Shown here: in pieces, positions 43,194 to 50,334 of the stretch
How the letters are laid out: each line of letters starts with the position of its first letter
Position numbering within the stretch: the stretch's first letter is position 1
Assembly: GCA_963666345.1 (NCBI GenBank)
Contig: OY762721.1
Span: 2,912,001-2,976,000 of the forward strand
Length of the DNA stretch: 64,000 nt
Origin: Desulfatiglandales bacterium
GTDB taxonomy: Bacteria; Desulfobacterota; DSM-4660; Desulfatiglandales; Desulfatiglandaceae
Direction of reading: 5' to 3'
Notes under the pieces: model-generated
What the model was told of the DNA's origin: nothing
Seen by the model: the letters and a program-made list of their open reading frames with translations, nothing else
The model's database searches: none
Program-made: the position numbers and the translations under genes

Positions 43194-44666
43194 ATGAATG
43201 CCGAATCCGTGAACGCCTCCGATATATCCTCAAAACATGAAGGTCTCTATGAAATGCTTTTAGAGTCCATTCCCTCTTCTGTCCTGCTGATCGACAAAAC
43301 GCTGTCCATCGTATCCGCAAATCGAAATTTCCTTGAAAAAAACGACCTGTCCTTATCCGAGACAATCGGGCAAAAGCTGGAAAAAGTGTTCCCGGACGTA
43401 ATCCTCCACCGGTTGCCTGTCCTGGATCAAATCCGGGGTGTTTTTCAAACCAGCGAACCGACCAATGGCCAGCGGTTGACCTATCGGGCCCCCGGGGTCC
43501 CCATGAGGGTTTATTACTATAAAATGATCCCGGTCATTCGGCAGGGCGTGATTGAAAACGTGATGTTTCTGATGGATGATATCACCCAGCAGGTGAAATT
43601 GAGCGAGAAGATCCAGCAGGTTGAACGTCACCTCGCGAGTGTCGTTGAGAGTGCCACTGACATCGTTCTATCCCTTGATACGGGGGGGCGGTTTTTGTCC
43701 ATGAACCCGGCCGCGGAAAAAATTTTCGGGTTCTCCATCGAGGATAACGATGGCCCGCTGTTTCAGGACTGTTTGCTTAAAGATGAAAAAAAAGAAATGC
43801 AGAAGGTTTTTTCTGAAGTGATGCACGGTAATAAAGCAAAAGCAGTCGAATGGGACCTGATTACAAAAGAGAAAGTGAGCATTCGCGTCTCCTGGATTTT
43901 TTCACCCATGAAGGATGAAATGTCGAAACCGATCGGCATCGTGGCGGTGGGAAGAGACTTAACCGAGCAGCGCAAATTGGAGATGGAGCTTTTTCAGTCA
44001 CAGAAACTCTCCGCCCTGGGCGTTATGGCTGGAGGTGTTGCCCATGAAATCAGAAATCCGCTGGCCATCAGTTCTTCCGCCGCCCAATTTCTCATGGATG
44101 ATGATATTACCGCTGAGTTTCGCAAGGAGTGTGCGGCTAAAGTTAATTTGGGCATTCAGAGAGCTGCCGCCATCATTGATAACCTTATAAAATTTGCCCG
44201 GCCGGCGTCAAAGCACAGGGTTGAGCCTGTTGAACTCATCTCTCTTCTGCAGGAAACAGTATCTCTGGTCTCCAATCAGGCCGGGATACAAAAAATCGAA
44301 ATAATATCGCATCTCTCCGGGGAATCCTTTACGGTCCAGGGGGTTTACGGACTTCTCCAGCAATTGTTCCTAAACCTTTTCCTGAACGCCATTGCGGCCA
44401 TGCCGCACGGAGGTATCCTGACCCTCTCTGCAGAAAGTCGGGTCGGGGACGTTTTGCTTCGGATAACGGATACGGGGGGCGGTATACCGGGAAAAAACAT
44501 CGATAAAATATTCGACCCTTTTTTTACGACCGGTTCCATAGGAGAAGGCATAGGATTGGGGCTTTCCATCGCCTATGCCATCGTGAAACAGCACGTCGGC
44601 ACTATTGAGGTGCATAGTGCCAGAGGAAAGGGAAGCACCTTCATCGTGAAGCTGCCCACACAGTGA
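43194..44666 (+). CDS. PAS-PAS histidine kinase (GvrB-like)
   Basis: Two PAS domains, AHEIRNPL, DTGGGI, GIGLGL. Confidence 0.9.
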   Translation: MNAESVNASDISSKHEGLYEMLLESIPSSVLLIDKTLSIVSANRNFLEKNDLSLSETIGQKLEKVFPDVILHRLPVLDQIRGVFQTSEPTNGQRLTYRAPGVPMRVYYYKMIPVIRQGVIENVMFLMDDITQQVKLSEKIQQVERHLASVVESATDIVLSLDTGGRFLSMNPAAEKIFGFSIEDNDGPLFQDCLLKDEKKEMQKVFSEVMHGNKAKAVEWDLITKEKVSIRVSWIFSPMKDEMSKPIGIVAVGRDLTEQRKLEMELFQSQKLSALGVMAGGVAHEIRNPLAISSSAAQFLMDDDITAEFRKECAAKVNLGIQRAAAIIDNLIKFARPASKHRVEPVELISLLQETVSLVSNQAGIQKIEIISHLSGESFTVQGVYGLLQQLFLNLFLNAIAAMPHGGILTLSAESRVGDVLLRITDTGGGIPGKNIDKIFDPFFTTGSIGEGIGLGLSIAYAIVKQHVGTIEVHSARGKGSTFIVKLPTQ

Positions 44667-44711
44667 GGCGTTCCATTGACGATTGATGATTGGTGATTGA
44701 GGGCTGAAAAC

Positions 44712-45092
44712 ATGAAAACCAAAGAGCGGACCGTTCTCATTGTAGATGACGAGCCGGATATATTCTGGGTTATGGAACACCTCCTGAAGCAGGAAGGATT
44801 TGTCCTGATCGGGGCCTTGAACGGGCTGGAAACCCTGGTGGTCATGGAAAAAAAACATTTTGAACTGATTTTGCTTGACGCCAAACTGCCTGATATTGAG
44901 GGTTTGGCGCTGGCAAAAAAAATAAGGGAGATGGATTCAACGATTCCCATTGTGCTGATATCCGGATATCTTAGCCGGGATGACGAAATCGTTCAGGACG
45001 CACTCTCCAGCGGATTGATCTCGGAGTATATCTCCAAACCTTTTCAGCACACCGAGATCCTGAATGCAGTGAAAAATCTGTTGCTTTTGTAA
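44712..45092 (+). CDS. Single-domain response regulator (GvrC-like)
   Basis: IVDDE, LLDAKLP, ISGY, SKPF. Confidence 0.88.
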   Translation: MKTKERTVLIVDDEPDIFWVMEHLLKQEGFVLIGALNGLETLVVMEKKHFELILLDAKLPDIEGLALAKKIREMDSTIPIVLISGYLSRDDEIVQDALSSGLISEYISKPFQHTEILNAVKNLLLL

Positions 45093-45109
45093 ACCCCGGT
45101 CTCTGAAAT

Positions 45110-45147
45110 ATGGAATGGATTCCATTTTATAATGGCGCCTGTTCCAT
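45110..45147. promoter_or_regulatory. Tandem ATGGA-N6-TCCAT sites (candidate UAS for gvpA)
   Basis: Perfect copy at 45110-45125 and a 1-mismatch copy at 45132-45147, 22 bp apart. Confidence 0.6.
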
Positions 45148-45266
45148 AGCCCCTATTTCCTGTTTTTTATCCTTTGAGAATCAATTCCCCCGTCCTCCGT
45201 TCAAATTACCCTTGATTTCAGCCGGTTGAAAGGGATTAAAGCTTCCACCACAAATGTACGTGTCTC

Positions 45267-45282
45267 CGGCACGGTTAATGCA
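45267..45282 (+). promoter_or_regulatory. Sigma54 promoter of gvpA
   Basis: CGGCACGGTTAATGCA = GG-N10-GC, about 70 bp upstream of gvpA. Confidence 0.7.
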
Positions 45283-45354
45283 ATAAATATTGTCTGCATG
45301 CATGCATATGGCAAAATCAGTTTAACCGACAAAAAACCAGAAAGGAGAAACATC

Positions 45355-45573
45355 ATGGCAAAAGTACAAAAATCGACAGATTCCTCGAGCCTGGCAGAGG
45401 TTGTGGACAGAATCCTCGACAAAGGCATTGTAATCGATGCATGGGCCAAGGTATCGCTTGTTGGGATAGAATTGCTGTCTATCGAAGCGCGTGTGGTGAT
45501 CGCTTCAGTGGAAACCTATTTGAAGTATGCCGAAGCCATCGGCCTCACAGCCTCCGCTGCAGCTCCTGCCTGA
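45355..45573 (+). CDS. gvpA: Major gas vesicle shell protein GvpA
   Basis: [63 protein letters not shown]. Confidence 0.98.
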   Translation: MAKVQKSTDSSSLAEVVDRILDKGIVIDAWAKVSLVGIELLSIEARVVIASVETYLKYAEAIGLTASAAAPA

Positions 45574-45735
45574 AAGATCGGTGTGAAGGCAGCTTAGGCG
45601 GAATGAAACGACCCGCAACCGTTGCCCTTCCCCGTTAAACCCATATGGGCAATCTTTACGCGAGGAGCCGATCCCAAGGCTCCTCACGTTCAGACAACAT
45701 CTGTTTCCATTATAAACCGAGAAAGGAGAAGGACC

Positions 45736-46830
45736 ATGGGGCGATTAACGGAAGATATGACAAATCTGCGTGATGGAATAGACGCCCTCCGCAACGGGCG
45801 GGTGGAATTCATCGCCGGTTTAAAACACGGCATGTCTGAACTCAAGTCCGATGTGGCGGACATGCAGCAAGGTTTCCGCAAAGATTACACCCGGATGGCC
45901 GGAAACATGAAAGACAATTTGAAGGCCTTCATGGCTGAAACAGAAGCATATGTCTCAAACCTGAAAAATGACGTGGTGGACATGCAGGATAATTTCCGCA
46001 GCGATCACGCCGATATGGCCCGTAAGTTGAAAGACGATCTTAGTGGGTTTGCATCCGGGATAACATCCTCCGTGGCCGACCTGATGGATCTCTTCAGTGA
46101 CGACCGTGCCAAGATGGCCGGAAACATGAAAGACAGTTTGAAGGCCTTCATGGCTGAAACAGAAGCATATGTCTCAAACTTGAAAAATGACGTGGCGGAC
46201 ATGCAGGATAATTTCCGCAACGACCACGCCGATATGGCCGGCAAGTTGAAAAAGAATCTTCGGATGTTCGCAGCCGGCATAAAGTCCACCGTGTCCGATC
46301 TGGAAAAGCAATTTCGAGATGAGCATATCGAGATGACCGGCAAGGCCGGGGCTGAACGCCAAATGTTTTTTTCAAACGTGAAACAATCGCTTGCCGACCT
46401 GAAACTGAAAACAACCGATCTTCTTCAGGATATTAGCGATGATCTTGCCGGGGCCCGCAGGGCATGGTCCGGCACAACACCAACACCGTCCAGGAAAAGG
46501 ACTGCCGAAAAGGTCCCCAGGCCTGCCAAAAAACAGGCAGAACCGGAGAAGGTTGCACTTCCGGTCAAAGATCAGGAAGCGCAAGAGAGTACCGAAGATG
46601 TGCCTTTAAAGGTACGCCAACCCGCCAAAGCACAGGCAAAATCGGATGATCTCACACAGATCAATGGAATTGGTCCCGTCATGAGCAGGTGTCTGAACAA
46701 GGCCGGTATTTTTACGTTCGCAAAATTGGCTTCAAGCACCACTGAGGAAATCCGGGGAGCGCTGGGGCAATCGGCAAAGTTTGCCAACTTTGAGAGGTGG
46801 GTCAAGGAGGCCGGGAAATTGAGCAGCTAA
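45736..46830 (+). CDS. gvpC: GvpC-like helical repeat protein with C-terminal helix-hairpin-helix domain
   Basis: Lies between gvpA and gvpN; 33/40-aa amphipathic repeats (DNA duplication 45895/46114, offset 219); DDLTQINGIGP. Confidence 0.7.
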   Translation: MGRLTEDMTNLRDGIDALRNGRVEFIAGLKHGMSELKSDVADMQQGFRKDYTRMAGNMKDNLKAFMAETEAYVSNLKNDVVDMQDNFRSDHADMARKLKDDLSGFASGITSSVADLMDLFSDDRAKMAGNMKDSLKAFMAETEAYVSNLKNDVADMQDNFRNDHADMAGKLKKNLRMFAAGIKSTVSDLEKQFRDEHIEMTGKAGAERQMFFSNVKQSLADLKLKTTDLLQDISDDLAGARRAWSGTTPTPSRKRTAEKVPRPAKKQAEPEKVALPVKDQEAQESTEDVPLKVRQPAKAQAKSDDLTQINGIGPVMSRCLNKAGIFTFAKLASSTTEEIRGALGQSAKFANFERWVKEAGKLSS

Positions 46831-46912
46831 ACAGCGTGTTCGCCTCAGGTCCCGGTCTTTTTTTGTCAAATTCACGATTTTCAAGAAAATTTTCAATGTC
46901 GGGAGAGTTTCA

Positions 46913-47878
46913 ATGAAGACTAAATCTTTGAATCGCACCTCGGAAGCAATCCAGATAATGCCGATGCCAAATGATAACGTTCTGCCCGAGCCCAGCAAGG
47001 AATTCGTCAACACCTCTTACATCCGGGATGTGACGGAGCGTGCCCTTGCTTATCTCAATGTGGGATATCCGGTACACTTTTCCGGCCCGGCAGGCACGGG
47101 AAAAACAACCCTTGCCTTTCATATTGCCGCACAGCTCGGCAGGCCGGTCTCTCTCATTCACGGAGATGACGAGTTCGGAAGCTCCGACCTGATTGGACGG
47201 GATTCGGGATACCGAAAGTATAAACTTTATGACAATTATATCCATTCCGTCATGAAAACCGAGGAGCATTTGAATACACAGTGGGAGGACAACCGGTTGA
47301 CCACGGCATGCAAAAACGGGAATACGCTCATTTACGATGAGTTTACCCGGTCTAGACCGGAGGCCAATAATGCGCTTCTCAGCGTCCTAGAAGAAAAATT
47401 TTTAAATCTGCCAAGGCTTCGAAGGGCCGATAAGGGGTACATGGAAGTGCATCCCGATTTCCGGGCGATCTTTACTTCCAACCCCGAGGAGTATGCAGGG
47501 GTCCACAAAACCCAGGACGCACTGATGGACCGTCTAATCACCATTCATCTGGGCCATTTTGACAGGGAGACGGAGGTGCAGGTTGCAATGGCCAGGTCGG
47601 GTCTGAAACTCAGCGATGCCGAAACCATTGTCGACATCGTGAGAGGGTTGCGAAATACGGGAGTAAATAACAACCGGCCCACCATTCGTGCCAGCATCGC
47701 CATTGTCCGCATCCTGGCAAACCTTGGCGGGCACGCCCGGATGGACGACCCCGTTTTCATCCGCACATGCCGTGACGTCCTGAGCACCAATACGGCCAAG
47801 GTTACCCGCGGGGGCCAGCCACTCATGCCCGAGGTGCTGGAGGAGGTTATGCAGAAGGTCTGCGGAACCCGGACATAA
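46913..47878 (+). CDS. gvpN: Gas vesicle AAA+ ATPase GvpN
   Basis: GYPVHFSGPAGTGKTTLA, YDEFTRSRPEANN, NPEEYAGVHKTQDALMDR. Confidence 0.96.
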   Translation: MKTKSLNRTSEAIQIMPMPNDNVLPEPSKEFVNTSYIRDVTERALAYLNVGYPVHFSGPAGTGKTTLAFHIAAQLGRPVSLIHGDDEFGSSDLIGRDSGYRKYKLYDNYIHSVMKTEEHLNTQWEDNRLTTACKNGNTLIYDEFTRSRPEANNALLSVLEEKFLNLPRLRRADKGYMEVHPDFRAIFTSNPEEYAGVHKTQDALMDRLITIHLGHFDRETEVQVAMARSGLKLSDAETIVDIVRGLRNTGVNNNRPTIRASIAIVRILANLGGHARMDDPVFIRTCRDVLSTNTAKVTRGGQPLMPEVLEEVMQKVCGTRT

Positions 47879-47903
47879 CCGGCCGGAGACCGTTGGCCGC
47901 TCA

Positions 47904-48025
47904 TATTGGCGATTGCAGATTTGTGATTGATGATTTGCGATTGTCGATTGAAGGAATTCTATATTTTATCAAAAAAGAAAGAGCGAAGCGATTCCACAAA
48001 TCAACAATCAACAATCGACAATAAA
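47904..48025. repeat. Empty inverted heptamer element between gvpN and the gvpV-like gene
   Basis: 7 GATTGnn-type units, a core containing GAGCGAAGCGATTCC, then 4 CAATCnn-type units. Confidence 0.8.
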
Positions 48026-48038
48026 AAGGAGCCAAAAG

Positions 48039-48362
48039 ATGCCTTTACCCAAAAAAATCATTCGAGGTTTGGCAAACATCCGCACACGCTCGGGAACCCG
48101 CGACCAGGTATCCGAGCCGTACAAGGCTTTTCTTAGAATCGGATCACTGGAGATGGAGAAAGCCCGGCGGGGCAAGGAAAAGGAAAGCGCAATGAACCGT
48201 GTGCATAATATAGATGACCGTTTCCTGGAAATCGAGGCTGAAAAATCTGAACTTCTAAAGGCAATCGGCATAACGGCCAGCGGCGATGCTTGCGGTAATC
48301 CGGCCAATGGGTCGAAGCGTGAGACGGCCCAAAATAATGGCGGATTCAAAATATCTTACTGA
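48039..48362 (+). CDS. GvpV-like gas vesicle protein
   Basis: Coiled-coil protein (RGLANIRT, LEMEKARR) directly after gvpN. Confidence 0.6.
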   Translation: MPLPKKIIRGLANIRTRSGTRDQVSEPYKAFLRIGSLEMEKARRGKEKESAMNRVHNIDDRFLEIEAEKSELLKAIGITASGDACGNPANGSKRETAQNNGGFKISY

Positions 48363-48770
48363 GTATCAGTATGGATTATAGGATTGATGATTGACTATTG
48401 GTGATTGTCGATTGAAAAGCGCCTTAAAAGCTAAAGCATACAATATCCAAACACCAAAAACATTATTTTAAGGGTTATATATGAGGTAAACCGATGCCAA
48501 GGTTGAAGGGGGCGGCCTATATCCACACCAGCCGAACGATCCGAGGTTTTCGGTCCTGTCGGCACTTTACCGGGATATCTCTCACCTACTTTGAGTCCGG
48601 CCGGATCGGATTCGAAAAAGAGAAAATAGCCGTCAGGGAAGCGTTGAACAGAAGACACGGTCAAAGTCACCGTGCAGGTTCTCGTCTGCTGTCCGAGGGT
48701 GTTCCGGTTCATGACAGGAAGACGCTTATTGGAGATAGAAACAAGAAAGGGCAAAGAAAGGGGTCAAGAT

Positions 48771-48956
48771 ATGAAAATCAACTGTCTTTCCTGCGGGCAC
48801 AAAGTAGACCTGGACGATGTTTACGATGATTATCAAGGCCAGATCAGGTGTTTGACCTGCGCCGCGATGCTGGAAATCAAAACCGAGGAAGGTCAACTCA
48901 GATCTGTCATATGGGCTAATGTTCCGCCCTCCCCTTTGGAAGAGAAAACCGCCTGA
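48771..48956 (+). CDS. Small zinc-ribbon protein
   Basis: CLSC...CLTC, 61 aa, purine-rich RBS. Confidence 0.65.
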   Translation: MKINCLSCGHKVDLDDVYDDYQGQIRCLTCAAMLEIKTEEGQLRSVIWANVPPSPLEEKTA

Positions 48957-49007
48957 GGGCGCTTTGACAATTACCCGCAAACGTAAGAAAAGGATTGGGA
49001 AAGCAAA

Positions 49008-49772
49008 ATGGCTGCGCAATCTCCGGATCATAAAGGAAGATACTTATACGCCGTAATCGCCGGGGCCGGCGGGCAAAACCTGGAAACACAGGGAATTGAC
49101 AACGGCGCCCTCTATACCATTTCTGAAGGGAAAATCTCGGCTGTTGTCAGCGATGTCCCCAACAAAAAGCTGCGACCGGAACGGAGACACCTGGCGGCCC
49201 ACCAGGGTGTGCTTCGGCGGTTGATGGAAGAGGGCACGCCGCTCCCCATGACATTCGGTATCATTGCGGACGGTTCCCGGGCAATCAGGCGGATACTGAC
49301 CCTAAACGAAAAAGCTTTTCAGGAAGCGCTTGACCATGTCAACGGGAAAGTGGAAATGGGACTGCGGGTCACCTGGGATGTACCGAATATATTCGATTAT
49401 TTTATCAACACCCATCCGGAACTCAGAGCGGTACGAGATCGGTATTTCGGCACCAATCTGGAACCGGCGCACGCGGATAAGTTAGCGCTGGGGCGTATGT
49501 TCGACAACCTGTTGAATGAAGAAAGGGAGATCCACACCGAAAAGGTAGAAGAGATTCTTGCCGGTGTCTGCTTCGAGATCAACCGAAACCCATGCCGAAG
49601 CGAACTGGAAGTCATGAGCCTGGCCTGCCTTGTGGGACGGGATAAGGCGAAACAAAAAGCGTTTGAAAAAGGCATTTTGGAAGCAGCCAATCCGTTCGAC
49701 AACAATTATGCCTTCGATTACAACGGCCCCTGGGCTCCCCATAATTTCGTGGATATAGAGCTTAAGTTATGA
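49008..49772 (+). CDS. gvpF: Gas vesicle protein GvpF
   Basis: GRYLYAVI, AHQGVL, LPMTFG, GKVEMGLRV, GPWAPHNFV. Confidence 0.9.
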   Translation: MAAQSPDHKGRYLYAVIAGAGGQNLETQGIDNGALYTISEGKISAVVSDVPNKKLRPERRHLAAHQGVLRRLMEEGTPLPMTFGIIADGSRAIRRILTLNEKAFQEALDHVNGKVEMGLRVTWDVPNIFDYFINTHPELRAVRDRYFGTNLEPAHADKLALGRMFDNLLNEEREIHTEKVEEILAGVCFEINRNPCRSELEVMSLACLVGRDKAKQKAFEKGILEAANPFDNNYAFDYNGPWAPHNFVDIELKL

Positions 49773-49792
49773 ATGAAGAGAAAACAATTTTT

Positions 49793-49933
49793 GATTGGCG
49801 ATTGGCGATTGGCGATTGACGATTTAAGGAAGTCGCTTCGCTCCATTATTATTTTTATAAATATAGAGCGATATTCCTCAATTTTTCAAACGGTGTTATT
49901 CAATCAACAATCGCCAATCAACAATCAACAATG
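49793..49933. repeat. Empty inverted heptamer element between gvpF and gvpG
   Basis: (GATTGGC)3 GATTGAC GATTTAA, a core GGAAGTCGCTTCGCTC, then CAATCAA CAATCGC CAATCAA CAATCAA CA-ATG. Confidence 0.85.
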
Positions 49934-50212
49934 CTTATAGTCGATGACATACTGTTTTTTCCGATGCGTAGTATCCTCTGGATATTTCGCGAACTGCACA
50001 ACTCCGTCCGGCAGGAGATGGAAAACGAGGCCGAGTCCATCACGGCGGAACTGAGCGATCTTTATATGATGTTAGAGACGGAAAGAATAACGGAAGACGA
50101 GTTCGACGCCCGTGAAAAACAGCTCCTTGACCGGCTGGAAATGATACAGGAGCGCAATACCGGTATCGAAGATGATGAAGAAGACCCTGATCCGGATAAA
50201 CCGGGAGAGTGA
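49931..50212 (+). CDS. gvpG: Gas vesicle protein GvpG
   Basis: DDILFFP...LWIF, ITEDEFDAREKQLLDRL. Confidence 0.9.
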   Translation: MLIVDDILFFPMRSILWIFRELHNSVRQEMENEAESITAELSDLYMMLETERITEDEFDAREKQLLDRLEMIQERNTGIEDDEEDPDPDKPGE

Positions 50213-50334
50213 CAACTGATCAGTAACCGGCCTCCGGCCCAGAGGGACCTACGCCCCGGAGGATGATCAGTGAAAAAAGATCGGTGACCGATAACCTATG
50301 ACTGATATCCGGTACCAGATTAAAGGGCTAAATA

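Noticed and set aside
45226..45354. N-terminal extensions of gvpA (and of gvpC, gvpK, ptsN, gspH) in the ORF track
   Set aside because: Downstream ATGs have a better RBS or match family N-termini; the gvpA extension spans its own sigma54 promoter.
48494..48829. 111-aa ORF between the gvpV-like gene and the zinc-ribbon gene
   Set aside because: It has no recognisable motif and overlaps the better-supported zinc-ribbon ORF; it may be a degraded remnant.
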